Positions 17,826-28,211 of a stretch of DNA of 64,000 bases are shown piece by piece. Within the stretch, counting starts at the first letter, position 1. Each line of letters starts with the position of its first letter. The notes under the pieces are model-generated. The model was not told where the DNA came from. It saw only the letters and a program-made list of their open reading frames with translations, and ran no database searches. The DNA comes from Candidatus Saccharimonadales bacterium (GTDB lineage: Bacteria > Patescibacteriota > Saccharimonadia > Saccharimonadales > OMJO01): positions 201,323 through 265,322 of the forward strand of contig DATIID010000001.1 of the NCBI GenBank assembly GCA_035480035.1, given 5' to 3'. A program made the translations under genes and the position numbers.

Positions 17826-18247
17826 GACTTGGTCTCTTTCTTGGCGACAGTCTTGTCTGACTTATCTTCAGATTTAGCTTTTACTTTTAAATCGTCAACA
17901 AAACTTAGGCGGGCCATTTGAGTATTATCGCCACGTCGAACGACGGTGCGCTCAATTTTTAAATGTCCGCTTTGACGATTCTTTAGTTTCGGAGCAATGT
18001 CATCGACTAATTTGTGGGCACTCTCAATAGTTTGTAACGAGCTGATAATTTGGCGACGATTATGTAAATCACCTTTTTTCGCTTTGGTTATCAACTTTTC
18101 GGTATATGGTAAAACTTCCTTGGCCTTCACCAAAGTGGTTTCAATTGATTCATATTTTATTAGTGAATCAGTCAAACCCTTAATCAAAGCTGAACGCTGG
18201 TCACGCTCGCGATTAAACTTCTTGCCTTTGTAACCGTGACGATGCAT
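17822..18247 (-). CDS. rplQ: 50S ribosomal protein L17 (bL17) with a K-rich C-terminal tail
   Basis: bL17 core (IETTLVKAKE..., ERTVVRRGD). Follows rpoA. Confidence 0.95.
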   Translation of the reverse strand: MHRHGYKGKKFNRERDQRSALIKGLTDSLIKYESIETTLVKAKEVLPYTEKLITKAKKGDLHNRRQIISSLQTIESAHKLVDDIAPKLKNRQSGHLKIERTVVRRGDNTQMARLSFVDDLKVKAKSEDKSDKTVAKKETKS

Positions 18248-18249
18248 TA

Positions 18250-19191
18250 CTAAAGCTCCAACTCCGCCATCTTCTCTTTAACCTCATCTAAAGCTTTACT
18301 ACCAAAACCTTTGAGCTCACGTAATTCCGAATCACTTAAGCTAAACAGATCTTTAAGTGTATGAATTTCGTTGTTAATTAAGGCGTTGGTTGTCCGGGCC
18401 GAGAGGTTAAGGTCTTCAATCGAGGTCATTAAGCCGGTACTGTCACTCTCGTCTTCGTCATCGGTGCCGTCTGCTTTAAAACCAACCGGTTGAGATATGT
18501 CAACGCGGGTTTGGCCAGCTAAAGCAGTATATTGGTTAACCAAGATGGCCGCAGCTTCTTCGAAGGCGTCTTTGGGGGTGATTGAACCATCGGTGTCAAT
18601 AGTAATGAGCAATTTGTCTAAATTAGTCATCTGCCCAACACGGGTGTTCTCGACTTTATAGCGGACTCGAGAAACTGGGCTAAAGATGGCGTCAATGGCA
18701 ATCATATCACTTGCCTTTTTCGAAGCCCCTTCCTCAATGGTACGATAACCACGACCGGTTTCAATCGTTAAGTCCATGACCAAACTGGTTTTGTCGTCTT
18801 CAATATTGGCAATTAATTGGTCAGCATTAACTACTTCAACATCGGCATCAGTTTGAATATCTTTAGCACTTACTTTGCCTTTGCCTTTTTTCACAATGCG
18901 TAGGGTATGTACTTGATCATCAAATACTCGAAAACGAATATTCTTAAGATTAAGCATGATGTCAACGACATCTTCTTTAACACCCTTTAATGTGGTGAAT
19001 TCATGACTGGCACCATCAATCTTAAAGGCCGTAACTGAAGCGCCGGCAATACTAGATAGTAAAACTCGTCGCAAGCTATTACCAAGTGTCATACCGTAAC
19101 CAGTTTGGAGTGGCTCAATTTCAAAGGTAGCACTTAAACTACTGTGCTCATCAACTTTTACTACTCCTGGTGTGTGAATCATTTTTGACAT
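18250..19191 (-). CDS. rpoA: DNA-directed RNA polymerase subunit alpha
   Basis: Alpha NTD (GYGMTLGNSLRRVLLSSI) and CTD (LSARTTNALINNEIHTLKDL). Confidence 0.95.
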   Translation of the reverse strand: MSKMIHTPGVVKVDEHSSLSATFEIEPLQTGYGMTLGNSLRRVLLSSIAGASVTAFKIDGASHEFTTLKGVKEDVVDIMLNLKNIRFRVFDDQVHTLRIVKKGKGKVSAKDIQTDADVEVVNADQLIANIEDDKTSLVMDLTIETGRGYRTIEEGASKKASDMIAIDAIFSPVSRVRYKVENTRVGQMTNLDKLLITIDTDGSITPKDAFEEAAAILVNQYTALAGQTRVDISQPVGFKADGTDDEDESDSTGLMTSIEDLNLSARTTNALINNEIHTLKDLFSLSDSELRELKGFGSKALDEVKEKMAELEL

Positions 19192-19213
19192 ATTCTTCTC
19201 CTTGCCTATTAGC

Positions 19214-19831
19214 TTAACGTGAGTAATATTCCACGATTAGTTGTTCATTAATGTCTGGCTCGGCCTCTTCACGAGACGGCAAACCAGTAACTATAACCTC
19301 AAATTTCTTACGATCAACCTTTAACCAACTTGGTATATCGGTTGGAACCGGACTAACTTCGTCGAGTTTTTTAAAGTATTCGTTGGTTGTACTGCGATCA
19401 CGAAGCTTTAAAACATCTTTAGGTGTTAATCTAATTGATGGTATGTCAATTCTACGGTCATTTAAGGTGAAATGGCCGTGAGTTATTAATTGTCTGGCGG
19501 CTCGACGACTAGTCGCAAAACCAGCACGGTAAATAGCATTGTCGGCTCGTCTTTCTAAATATTGTAAAAGTAGTTCGCCCGTTTGACCTGGTCGTTTGGC
19601 GGCTTCGGCCATCATCTTAGCAAATTGCCGTTCAAGTAACCCATAAAGCCGTTTAACTTTCTGTTTTTCACGAAGTTGCAACGCGTATTGGCTGGCTTTA
19701 CCACGTTGATTGCGTCCACCGTGAAAGCCCGGTATTGTCGTACGCTTAACAAGGGCCTTATATGCTTTGGGATGCAAGGCATAGCCTTCACGACGACTCA
19801 TTTTGACAATACTTTGAGTATCTCTCGCCAT
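19214..19831 (-). CDS. rpsD: 30S ribosomal protein S4 (uS4)
   Basis: uS4 sequence with an S4 RNA-binding domain. Position in the alpha operon. Confidence 0.95.
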   Translation of the reverse strand: MARDTQSIVKMSRREGYALHPKAYKALVKRTTIPGFHGGRNQRGKASQYALQLREKQKVKRLYGLLERQFAKMMAEAAKRPGQTGELLLQYLERRADNAIYRAGFATSRRAARQLITHGHFTLNDRRIDIPSIRLTPKDVLKLRDRSTTNEYFKKLDEVSPVPTDIPSWLKVDRKKFEVIVTGLPSREEAEPDINEQLIVEYYSR

Positions 19832-19833
19832 AA

Positions 19834-20271
19834 CTAAACTCTCCTTGCCTTAGGTGGACGTACGCCACCATGCGGCATGCCGGTGACATCCTTAATAGAT
19901 TCGACGTGCATATCCAAATTTTGCAAACTTCGAATTGCTGACTCACGTCCTAAACCAACACCTTTGACAAAAACTTCAACTTTAGATAAACCAAATTGTT
20001 GTTTGGCAATCTGACCGGCTTTTTCCATAGCTACTTGCGCTGCATAAGCTGTACCCTTTTTGGATCCACGAAAGCCACAACCACCGGCACTAGAACTGGC
20101 TAATGTGCCGCCCTTATTATCAGCAAAGGTCACAATTGTGTTATTAAATGAAGCTAAAATATGAACCTGCCCAACCGGAACAGAGCGTTTAACCTTCTTC
20201 TTGCGAACGACTTTTGGTGCTTCAGCCGTTTCGACGGTTGTTTCAACTACTGGTGTTTCTTCATCTGCCAT
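19834..20271 (-). CDS. rpsK: 30S ribosomal protein S11 (uS11) with an acidic/basic N-terminal extension
   Basis: Core HILASFNNTIVTF...GSKKGT. Confidence 0.95.
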   Translation of the reverse strand: MADEETPVVETTVETAEAPKVVRKKKVKRSVPVGQVHILASFNNTIVTFADNKGGTLASSSAGGCGFRGSKKGTAYAAQVAMEKAGQIAKQQFGLSKVEVFVKGVGLGRESAIRSLQNLDMHVESIKDVTGMPHGGVRPPKARRV

Positions 20272-20283
20272 ATAAAATTATCC

Positions 20284-20670
20284 TTACGTCTTTGATGGTG
20301 ACTTTTTAGCGGTGCCACCGACCGTTAGACGCTTACCACGCCTAGTTCGAGCATTGGTCCGGGTACGCTGACCACGACTTGGTAAATTTGCAGCATGGCG
20401 GCCACCCCGATAACTATTAATATCTTTCAATCGTTTGATGTTACCGACCACAATTCGTTGTAATTCACCTTCAACAATGTATTTTTCATTGATGGCATCT
20501 TGAATGCGCGAAATTTCGGCGTCAGTCAGATTCTTGACACGGACTGTCGAGTCGACTTTGGCTTGAGTTAAAATATCAGCACTAGTCTTAGGACCAATAC
20601 CATAAATATAGGTTAAAGCCACATGAACTTGCTTGCCATCAGGAATTGTAACTCCGGAAATCCTAGCCAT
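20284..20670 (-). CDS. rpsM: 30S ribosomal protein S13 (uS13)
   Basis: MARISGVTIP... and ALTYIYGIG motifs. Confidence 0.95.
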   Translation of the reverse strand: MARISGVTIPDGKQVHVALTYIYGIGPKTSADILTQAKVDSTVRVKNLTDAEISRIQDAINEKYIVEGELQRIVVGNIKRLKDINSYRGGRHAANLPSRGQRTRTNARTRRGKRLTVGGTAKKSPSKT

Positions 20671-20673
20671 TAA

Positions 20674-20790
20674 CTAACCCTGCCTCTGTTTGTGCTTTGG
20701 CTTGAGCTTATTAATAACATAAACCCGCCCTTTTCGGCGGACAATTTTGTCATCGGGACTGATTTTCTTAACACTGGCACGCACTTTCAT
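20674..20790 (-). CDS. rpmJ: 50S ribosomal protein L36 (bL36), Cys-less form; not in the supplied ORF track
   Basis: Manual translation gives [43 protein letters not shown] lies upstream. It sits in the canonical infA-rpmJ-rpsM slot. Confidence 0.9.
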   Translation of the reverse strand: MKVRASVKKISPDDKIVRRKGRVYVINKLKPKHKQRQG

Positions 20791-20844
20791 GCGGATCATT
20801 GCTCCTAGTCTGCATTGGTCAATGACACACTGCTTAATTGATGA

Positions 20845-21063
20845 TTACTTGCGATAGGTGATTCTGCCCTTCGTGAGATCGTAAGGGGTCAACTCAACCG
20901 TCACACCGTCGCCGGGGACTAAGCGAATGTAATGTTTCCGCATCTTTCCAGCAACATGAGCTATAATTTGATGACCGTTTTCGAGCTCGACACGGAACTG
21001 CGTTCCAGGCAAGGCCTCGACGATGGTACCGCCTAACTCGATTACTTCCTTATTTTTGGCCAT
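20845..21063 (-). CDS. infA: Translation initiation factor IF-1
   Basis: 72-aa S1-like fold sequence ([20 protein letters not shown]...). Confidence 0.95.
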   Translation of the reverse strand: MAKNKEVIELGGTIVEALPGTQFRVELENGHQIIAHVAGKMRKHYIRLVPGDGVTVELTPYDLTKGRITYRK

Positions 21064-21083
21064 AAATATAACGTCAGTGCGTT

Positions 21084-21113
21084 ATTATATCATTCAAACT
21101 TAACCTTTGTAAA
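21084..21113 (-). promoter_or_regulatory. Candidate sigma70-type promoter upstream of infA
   Basis: Minus strand reads TTTACA (21108-21113), an 18-nt spacer, then TATAAT (21084-21089). Confidence 0.35.
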
Positions 21114-21118
21114 GTGTT

Positions 21119-22630
21119 TTACTTCTTTTTTCGGCGACTTATTTTAGGTAAAAAACGTAATCGCCGTCCACCGGTGCCAGCTTGAGCTGGTTCAGAGGTG
21201 TCATAAAAGAAATCCGATTCGGCATACTGATCATAAGTTACCATTAAGGCTCTTGACTCAATTGCCCGCAGCGTCTCGAGAGATACAGCAACCAAAATCA
21301 ATATACTAGTGCCGCCTAAGGCGATGTTGGATTTTAGAAATATCTCACCAATAATTGGCAAAAGCGCTAGTAAACCTAAGCTAATCGCGCCGAAGAAAGT
21401 CAGACGATTAACCACTTTACTGAGGTATTTCTCGGTTTCACTACCACCACGGGTATCTTCAATAAAGCCACCTTGTTTTTGCAGATTTTCAGCTATTTCT
21501 TTAGCGTTAAAGGTAATGCTGGTATAGAAAAAGGTGAACACAAAAACTAGCAAAAAGTAAACCAGTGGATATATGTAAGGTGTAAAGCCATGCTGTGAAA
21601 AACTGGTCGCACTAGGCGTTTGAAACCAAAGCGATAATTTGGCACCCAGTTGCTGTAAACGTAAACTATGTGAACCAGTCATTATTTGTCCAGTGAAGCT
21701 AGGTACACTCAAAAAGGCCACCGCAAAGATAATTGGCACTACGCCAGCGGTAATTAACTTAACCGGCAAGATAGTGGTTACTCCGCCATAAGCCCGATTG
21801 CCCTGGACACGTTTAGCATAGTGAATTGTAATTTTTCTCGAAGCTTCATTTAATTTTACGACTATAACGGTGACGGCGACTGTAATCGCTAAAATCAATA
21901 GTCCATATAACAGTGACCGACTATCAACCGGCAAAGTGTGCCCAAATAAGGTCATACGATTGCTTTTATTAAGTATCGACGAGGTCACACTAGAAATAGT
22001 TGACGGCAAGCGGCTAACAATGCCGACAGTAATAACCAATGAGATACCATTACCGATACTTTGTTCAGTAATTAGCTCACCAAGCCACATCAAGATCATT
22101 GATCCGCCAGTTAAAGCTGCAACCATCAACACCCACTGGCTTAAATGGGCATTGGCGGTAATGTCGCCGATACCACTAATGCGGGCAGCCGATTGACGAA
22201 CTAAATAGATTGCGCCAACTGATTGAATAATAGCAAGAGGAAAAGTCAGAAGACGAGTGTATTGATTGATTTTTTTGCGACCAAACTCGCCTTCTTTATT
22301 GAGCGCCTCTAATTTCGGGATAGCTTTTGTCAGTAGTTGCATAATAATTGATGCGTTAATGTACGGTCCCATGCCAACCAACATTATCGAGAAGTTGGCT
22401 AAAGCACCACCGGATAAAACGTCAATAAAACTCAGTAGTTGTGGTGTTTTAGAAGAGGTTAGTAGGTTGTCTAAAATTTGCTTGAGGGTGTGAGGGTCAC
22501 TGATAGGGATTGGTATATGTGCAAGAATACGAAAAACTAAAAGCATACCGACAACCGCCAAAATACGATTGCGCATTTCGCTGTTTTTAAGGGATTGCCA
22601 GATAATTTTCCAACTCATAAACTTAATCAC
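21119..22630 (-). CDS. secY: Preprotein translocase subunit SecY with a ~40-aa basic C-terminal extension
   Basis: Ten-TM SecY sequence. The start is GTG at 22630 (alternative ATG at 22618). infA follows directly, with no adk or map. Confidence 0.93.
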   Translation of the reverse strand: MIKFMSWKIIWQSLKNSEMRNRILAVVGMLLVFRILAHIPIPISDPHTLKQILDNLLTSSKTPQLLSFIDVLSGGALANFSIMLVGMGPYINASIIMQLLTKAIPKLEALNKEGEFGRKKINQYTRLLTFPLAIIQSVGAIYLVRQSAARISGIGDITANAHLSQWVLMVAALTGGSMILMWLGELITEQSIGNGISLVITVGIVSRLPSTISSVTSSILNKSNRMTLFGHTLPVDSRSLLYGLLILAITVAVTVIVVKLNEASRKITIHYAKRVQGNRAYGGVTTILPVKLITAGVVPIIFAVAFLSVPSFTGQIMTGSHSLRLQQLGAKLSLWFQTPSATSFSQHGFTPYIYPLVYFLLVFVFTFFYTSITFNAKEIAENLQKQGGFIEDTRGGSETEKYLSKVVNRLTFFGAISLGLLALLPIIGEIFLKSNIALGGTSILILVAVSLETLRAIESRALMVTYDQYAESDFFYDTSEPAQAGTGGRRLRFLPKISRRKKK

Positions 22631-22706
22631 TCACCTAGTTTGGTATTTATAACTGAGTTTAATTATACAGGACGAAAGCGTCACTTATAACAGTGTGCTG
22701 TAAAAC

Positions 22707-23180
22707 TTACTTGTCAGTTTTTTCAATTGGTTTTTTGGTACGTTTAACTTGGCGTGTGGCTGTAAAATTGCCACCGGCCTTTTTGACTTGATCAATCGCT
22801 GCCTTACTGGCAACTTGCAGTTTGACATCAACCTTATGTTTTAGCTCACCTTTGACGATTAATTTGGCTTTGACGTAAGGATTGGAGATCAGACCTTTTT
22901 CATAAGCAATAAAATTGTCAATTTTGGCCCCAACTAGATTGAGTTCTTCGGTCTTAATAATCTCAATCGTTGGACGAATTGAACGAAAACCTGGTCGTTT
23001 CGGTAAACGTTGCATTAATGAACTCTGGCCACCTTCAAAACCGGGTCGACGACGACTACCAGTACGTGACTTTTGACCCTTGGTACCACGACCAGCGGTT
23101 TTACCTTGGCCAGCTGCGATACCACGACCAATACGATGCGAGCGACGTTGTCTGGTTAATTCAAGTTCATTAAATTTCAT
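22707..23180 (-). CDS. rplO: 50S ribosomal protein L15 (uL15)
   Basis: G/R-rich uL15 N-terminus (GRGIAAGQGKTAGRGTKGQ). The ATG overlaps the rpsE stop (ATGA), which leaves no room for rpmD. Confidence 0.95.
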   Translation of the reverse strand: MKFNELELTRQRRSHRIGRGIAAGQGKTAGRGTKGQKSRTGSRRRPGFEGGQSSLMQRLPKRPGFRSIRPTIEIIKTEELNLVGAKIDNFIAYEKGLISNPYVKAKLIVKGELKHKVDVKLQVASKAAIDQVKKAGGNFTATRQVKRTKKPIEKTDK

Positions 23181-23722
23181 GATTTAACTCCGGTTTTGTT
23201 GGATGAAACTTCTTGAATTCGAGTTTGCCAATTTTTGGCTGGTTCAATGCTTTGCAGGGCAGCGACTGTAGTATAGGCGACGTTAATTTTATTACTTGAA
23301 CCAAGCGACTTCGATAAAATATTGCGGACACCGGCAACTTCTAAGACAGTCCGCACTACACCACCAGCTATCAAACCAGTACCTTCGCTCGCTGGCTTGA
23401 GTAGAATTCGAGCACCGTTACGCCTAATTTCAGCATCGTGCGGGATTGTGCCTTTATATAAATGAACCTTGGTAAAGTTCTTCTTCGCTACTTCAACCGC
23501 TTTACTGACTGCGGCTGTCACATCAGCACCCTTAGCAATACCAATACCTACTTTACCTTTATGGTCGCCAACTACGACCAATGCTCGGAATCGAAAACGG
23601 CGACCGCCTTTAACCACTCGAGCAACGCGGTCAATATGAACTACGCGCTCATCATACTGTTTTTCCTCTTGAGCTGGGTTGTTGTTTGGTCGGTTGAATT
23701 GTTTGCCTCGTTCGTTTACCAT
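23177..23722 (-). CDS. rpsE: 30S ribosomal protein S5 (uS5)
   Basis: uS5 dsRBD and C-terminal domain (RVVKGGRRFRFRALVVVGD). Confidence 0.95.
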   Translation of the reverse strand: MVNERGKQFNRPNNNPAQEEKQYDERVVHIDRVARVVKGGRRFRFRALVVVGDHKGKVGIGIAKGADVTAAVSKAVEVAKKNFTKVHLYKGTIPHDAEIRRNGARILLKPASEGTGLIAGGVVRTVLEVAGVRNILSKSLGSSNKINVAYTTVAALQSIEPAKNWQTRIQEVSSNKTGVKS

Positions 23723-23723
23723 C

Positions 23724-24080
23724 TTAAAACTTTAATCCTTCCGTACGAGCCGCATCAGCAAAAGCCTTAACTCGACCGTGAAATAATTTACTATTACGAT
23801 CAAAAACGACGTTACTTACTTTAGCAACCTTGGCTTTTTTAGCAAGGCTAGCGCCAAGCCAAATGGCTTTTTCAGTCTTAGTGTTGCCAACATCCTTTTG
23901 TCCAACAGTAGTTAAATGAACTAGAGTTTGACCACTGCTATCGTCAACAATCTGCGCCGTCAGATTCAAATTACTAACAAAAACTGTCAAACGCGGTCGC
24001 TTACTGGTGCCAACGATCTTGGATCTAACACGGTACTTGCGACGAGCAGCATTAGTTGATTTTTGAATTAATCGATTCAT
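23724..24080 (-). CDS. rplR: 50S ribosomal protein L18 (uL18)
   Basis: uL18 sequence (RPRLTVFVSNLNLTAQIVDD). spc operon order. Confidence 0.95.
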   Translation of the reverse strand: MNRLIQKSTNAARRKYRVRSKIVGTSKRPRLTVFVSNLNLTAQIVDDSSGQTLVHLTTVGQKDVGNTKTEKAIWLGASLAKKAKVAKVSNVVFDRNSKLFHGRVKAFADAARTEGLKF

Positions 24081-24089
24081 GTCAGTTAC

Positions 24090-24629
24090 CTACTTATCCT
24101 TACCAGATTTACCGCTTTTACGAATAATGTGTTCGCCAGAATACTTAATTCCTTTACCTTTGTAAGGTTCAGGTTTCTTAAGTGCCCGAATCTCGGCAGC
24201 AACTTGGCCAACTTGTTGTTTGTTAATGCCACTAACCGTAATGACGTTTTGCTCAACACCAATCGTGATGCTTTCAGGAATTTGATACGTAACTTCATGC
24301 GAGAAACCGAGGTTAAGTTTAAGCATATTGCCAGCCAACGCTACTCGGTAACCAACACCATTAATTTCTAACTTTTTAGAAAAACCTTCGGTTACACCAA
24401 CTACCAAATTATTGATCAAAGCCCGCATTAAACCGTGCTGAGCCCGGACTTTAGGTTGATCATTTGGTCGACTAAAAATTAACTGTTCACCTTCTTGGGT
24501 AACTTTGATGTCCGGCAATTTGACCTGAGTTAATACGCCCTTAGGGCCAGTCACACTAATCACATCACTATCGACAGTTATCGTGACTCCGCTCGGAATT
24601 TTAACTGGTTGTTTGCCGACTCGACTCAT
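24090..24629 (-). CDS. rplF: 50S ribosomal protein L6 (uL6)
   Basis: MSRVGKQPVKIPSGV... N-terminus typical of uL6. Confidence 0.95.
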   Translation of the reverse strand: MSRVGKQPVKIPSGVTITVDSDVISVTGPKGVLTQVKLPDIKVTQEGEQLIFSRPNDQPKVRAQHGLMRALINNLVVGVTEGFSKKLEINGVGYRVALAGNMLKLNLGFSHEVTYQIPESITIGVEQNVITVSGINKQQVGQVAAEIRALKKPEPYKGKGIKYSGEHIIRKSGKSGKDK

Positions 24630-24630
24630 C

Positions 24631-25032
24631 TTAATACACCTTACAAATTAATTCGCCACCGAGGCCTTGTTTTTTTGCTTCATTGCCAGTCATTAAGCCT
24701 TTAGAAGTTGAAACAATCACAATTCCGCGTCCACGCTTAACGACTGGAATTGTTTTTACACCAGAATAAGTTCTTCGACCGGGCTTGCTTAAACGTACAA
24801 TTTCAGTAATGTGAGCGCCGTTTGATGGTTGATTAATTACAATCGTCATGGCTTTGCCAACCGACAAATCATTAACCTTAATATCTTCAATAAAACGATT
24901 TTGCTTCAGCAGCCGAGCCACTGATTCCTTAATTTTGGAATGTGGCAAAGTCACCTCGCTTTGTCGAACGGCAACAGCATTGCGGATTCGGGTTAGCATA
25001 TCAGCGATGGGGTCTGTAGATACTCTTGACAT
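24631..25032 (-). CDS. rpsH: 30S ribosomal protein S8 (uS8)
   Basis: DPIADMLTRIRNA motif. Confidence 0.95.
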   Translation of the reverse strand: MSRVSTDPIADMLTRIRNAVAVRQSEVTLPHSKIKESVARLLKQNRFIEDIKVNDLSVGKAMTIVINQPSNGAHITEIVRLSKPGRRTYSGVKTIPVVKRGRGIVIVSTSKGLMTGNEAKKQGLGGELICKVY

Positions 25033-25042
25033 AGTTAACTCC

Positions 25043-25312
25043 TTACCAACTTGACTTTGTTACGCCAGGTATTTCACCCTTGCTAGCATGCTCACGAAAT
25101 GAAATACGACTCAGGCCAAACTGCCTCATATAACCATGTGGTCGACCGGTTTCACTACAGCGGTTCTTTAGGCGGGTCGGCGATGAATTACGTGGCAATT
25201 TATGCAAACCTTCTAAATCACCCATGGCCTTCAATTCTTTACGCTTAGCAGCATATTTTTGAATCATTTTCTGGCGTTTTAAATCACGCTGGACAATTGA
25301 TTTCTTAGCCAT
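25043..25312 (-). CDS. rpsN: 30S ribosomal protein S14 (uS14), long Cys-less form
   Basis: 89 aa, ending ...[11 protein letters not shown]. Confidence 0.95.
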   Translation of the reverse strand: MAKKSIVQRDLKRQKMIQKYAAKRKELKAMGDLEGLHKLPRNSSPTRLKNRCSETGRPHGYMRQFGLSRISFREHASKGEIPGVTKSSW

Positions 25313-25908
25313 TAGTTTGTCTCCTTATCTGTTTGGCTTTTTTCAAACGGCATTCCAAATTTAGTTAGCAAAGCCTTGGCATGAGCCGGACTTTGAGAAT
25401 TTATTACAAATACTACCTGTAAGCCGTGCGACATAGTGGTTTCTTCAAAGGTTAATTCCGGGAAAACTGATTGATCCGGAATACCTAAGCTGTAATTACC
25501 AGATTTATCAAAAGCCCTGTTACTGACGCCGTGAAAATCCCGCAATCTAGGCATGACCAGATTGATTAAGCGATCTAGGAATTCATACATTCGCTCACCA
25601 CGCAGTGTCACTTTAAGGCCAATTTTGTTACCTTCACGTAGTTTAAAGGCGGCGATTGATTGTTTGGCGATAGTTTCAATCGGCTGTTGGGCAGTAATTT
25701 TACGTAAGGTAGTGGACGCTGCTTCAAACGCTCGTTTATCATCTTTGGCCTTGCCAAGTCCAACATTCAAGACAATCTTTTCTAACTGCGGCACTTCGTA
25801 GATGTTCTTCAAACCCAGCTCTTTTAACAGTTCTTGGCGATACTGTTCAAAGTATAGTTGTTTTAAACGTACAGTGGTTGATTTTGTTGGAGTTTTGACT
25901 TCAGCCAT
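25312..25908 (-). CDS. rplE: 50S ribosomal protein L5 (uL5)
   Basis: uL5 sequence. Stop and start overlap with both neighbours. Confidence 0.95.
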   Translation of the reverse strand: MAEVKTPTKSTTVRLKQLYFEQYRQELLKELGLKNIYEVPQLEKIVLNVGLGKAKDDKRAFEAASTTLRKITAQQPIETIAKQSIAAFKLREGNKIGLKVTLRGERMYEFLDRLINLVMPRLRDFHGVSNRAFDKSGNYSLGIPDQSVFPELTFEETTMSHGLQVVFVINSQSPAHAKALLTKFGMPFEKSQTDKETN

Positions 25909-26240
25909 TATTTAATCTCCTTGCCGGATGATTTGAAAATACGGGTCTTCTTGCCATCTTTGTCAACTTTGTAGCCAATTTTAGATGGTTTCTTGGAAGT
26001 CGTTTCAATAATAGATAGCTTACTAACCCAAATCGGTTTGGTTAGTTCAACTATAGCGCCTTGCGGATGTTCGCGGTTCGGTTTAACGTGACGCTTAACA
26101 ATGTTAATACCTTCGACAGTAACTTTATTAAGCTCTGGGTGGGTAGTTGTGATCTTGCCAGTTTTACCCTTGTATTTGCCACTTCGAACAATTACGGTGT
26201 CGCCTTTTTTCAGCCGGATTTTATAAACTGTTGTCTTCAT
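25908..26240 (-). CDS. rplX: 50S ribosomal protein L24 (uL24)
   Basis: KOW motif (KGDTVIVRSGKYKGKTGKI). Confidence 0.95.
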   Translation of the reverse strand: MKTTVYKIRLKKGDTVIVRSGKYKGKTGKITTTHPELNKVTVEGINIVKRHVKPNREHPQGAIVELTKPIWVSKLSIIETTSKKPSKIGYKVDKDGKKTRIFKSSGKEIK

Positions 26241-26608
26241 TACAGAACCTCCGGAGCTAAGCTTATAATTTTGGCGTAGCCCAATTCACGTAGCTCTCTT
26301 GGTACCGGGCCAAAAATACGGGTAGCCTTTGGTAGTTTGTCCTCACCAATTATTACTGCAGCATTGTCGTCAAACCGAATGGTGGAGCCATCCTTACGTC
26401 TAATCATATCTTGAGTCCTCACTACCACTGCCTGTACGACTGATTTACGTCGGACATTGCCAGTTGGACTAGCTTGTTTGACTGTGGCTGTAATAACATC
26501 GCCAACACGAGCATAGCGACGCCTAGTGCCGCCAAGTACACGTATGCACAAAATTTCTTTAGCACCTGAGTTATCAGCCACCACTAGTCTGGACTCTTGT
26601 TGGATCAT
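26240..26608 (-). CDS. rplN: 50S ribosomal protein L14 (uL14)
   Basis: [18 protein letters not shown]... N-terminus. Confidence 0.97.
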   Translation of the reverse strand: MIQQESRLVVADNSGAKEILCIRVLGGTRRRYARVGDVITATVKQASPTGNVRRKSVVQAVVVRTQDMIRRKDGSTIRFDDNAAVIIGEDKLPKATRIFGPVPRELRELGYAKIISLAPEVL

Positions 26609-26967
26609 TTAGAGTCTCCTTTGGCTTTTTTAATCGGTTTGTCAGCTTTAGTCTCAGTGGTTTTCTTTGGTTCCGACTTTTCAATAACCTTTTCTTCTAA
26701 AACTAATTCTGGCTCCTCGTGTTTGATGGCGGCCGTTTCAACAATTTGATCAAGGGTATAACGCTTACGAGTACTCAATGGTCGAGTTTCCGAAATAACA
26801 ACTTTATCACCAATCTTGGCTTCATTCTTAGCATCATGGGCCATAAATTTACGGCTAAAGCTGTATTTCTTCTTGTAAATCGGATGTGTTTTATCGGCCT
26901 GAACTGTCACAACAATGGTTTTATCAGTCTTGTCTGAAGAAACGATACCGGTAATTGTCCGTGCCAT
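26605..26967 (-). CDS. rpsQ: 30S ribosomal protein S17 (uS17) with a ~45-aa E/K-rich C-terminal extension
   Basis: uS17 OB-fold core ([14 protein letters not shown]...[11 protein letters not shown]). Confidence 0.93.
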   Translation of the reverse strand: MARTITGIVSSDKTDKTIVVTVQADKTHPIYKKKYSFSRKFMAHDAKNEAKIGDKVVISETRPLSTRKRYTLDQIVETAAIKHEEPELVLEEKVIEKSEPKKTTETKADKPIKKAKGDSK

Positions 26968-27167
26968 TAGTTGTTCTCCTTAACTAATTGTTCGCTCAAA
27001 ACTGTTAACATACGCGCTAGGTCTTTCCGCTTTGTTCGTAAAATACGTACATTTTGTGACTCACCCATATGTAATCGACGCCGTAATTCAGCAATTTCCT
27101 CACGCATTTTGGTGGTTTCGTTAGCCAGTTCAGCGGTACTAAGTTTGCGGATTTCAACAATTTTCAT
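26967..27167 (-). CDS. rpmC: 50S ribosomal protein L29 (uL29)
   Basis: 66-aa helical protein in the L16-L29-S17 slot. Confidence 0.9.
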   Translation of the reverse strand: MKIVEIRKLSTAELANETTKMREEIAELRRRLHMGESQNVRILRTKRKDLARMLTVLSEQLVKENN

Positions 27168-27577
27168 AGCTCATCCTTTACTAAAAACTTAGTCTTAACC
27201 GGCAACTTATGGGCAGCTAGGCGCATGGCTTCACGGGCGGTATCTTCGCTAACACCTTGCATTTCAAAAAGAATGGTGCCGGGGCGGACTTTGGCAACGA
27301 AAAATTCTGGATTGCCCTTGCCACTCCCCATTTTAACGTCTTGTGGTTTCTTGGTGACAGCTGTATGTGGAAAAATTCGAATCCAAATCTTACCACCACG
27401 TTTAATATAACGAGTCATGGCTTGACGAGCTGATTCGATTTGACGACTGGTAATACGATAGCCTTCAGTTGATTGCAGAGCGTATTGGCCAAAAGCAATA
27501 TAATTACCACTACTAGCCACGCCATTAATCCGACCTTTGCGGATTTTCCGGTACTTGGTTCGACTAGGCATCAACAT
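27164..27577 (-). CDS. rplP: 50S ribosomal protein L16 (uL16)
   Basis: [11 protein letters not shown]... N-terminus. Confidence 0.97.
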   Translation of the reverse strand: MLMPSRTKYRKIRKGRINGVASSGNYIAFGQYALQSTEGYRITSRQIESARQAMTRYIKRGGKIWIRIFPHTAVTKKPQDVKMGSGKGNPEFFVAKVRPGTILFEMQGVSEDTAREAMRLAAHKLPVKTKFLVKDEL

Positions 27578-27578
27578 T

Positions 27579-28211
27579 TTAAACTACCTCCCCTTTGTAG
27601 ATCCAAACTTTCACACCGATTAAACCCGATCCCGGGTACTGAGCAGCGGCTTTGTGAAAATCAATGTCAGCCCGAAGAGTGTGAAGTGGTACGCTTCCCT
27701 GAACTTCTTTTTCGCGACGCGACATTTCAGAGCCACCCAAACGACCTGCTAGTTCAATACGTACACCTTTGGCACCGGCCCGCATTGTAGCGGCAGCCGA
27801 TTGCTTCATAGCACGTCGAAAGGCAATACGTCGCTCTAACTGATGGGCAATACTCTCGGCCACTAGCTTGGCGTATAATTCAGGCTTTTTAAGCTCTTCA
27901 ATGTTAACTCGTGTTGGCACACCATAGATCTTTTCAATAGAATCTTTGAGTTCCTGAACGCCCGTGCCACCGCGACCAATTACAACGCCAGCTTTAGCTG
28001 TACTTATGGTTACTGACACTAGATTAGGCGAACGTTCAATATCAACCTTATTAATGGATGCACGCGTACCAGTCTTGTTTTCAATTAACTTACGAACCTT
28101 AAGGTCTTGAGTCAAGAATTTAGAATAATCACGCTTATTAGCGAACCATTTACTGCGCCATTCCTTATTAACTTGAAGACGCATGCTAATTGGGTTAACT
28201 TTTTGTCCCAT
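27579..28211 (-). CDS. rpsC: 30S ribosomal protein S3 (uS3)
   Basis: [12 protein letters not shown]... with a KH domain. Confidence 0.97.
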   Translation of the reverse strand: MGQKVNPISMRLQVNKEWRSKWFANKRDYSKFLTQDLKVRKLIENKTGTRASINKVDIERSPNLVSVTISTAKAGVVIGRGGTGVQELKDSIEKIYGVPTRVNIEELKKPELYAKLVAESIAHQLERRIAFRRAMKQSAAATMRAGAKGVRIELAGRLGGSEMSRREKEVQGSVPLHTLRADIDFHKAAAQYPGSGLIGVKVWIYKGEVV

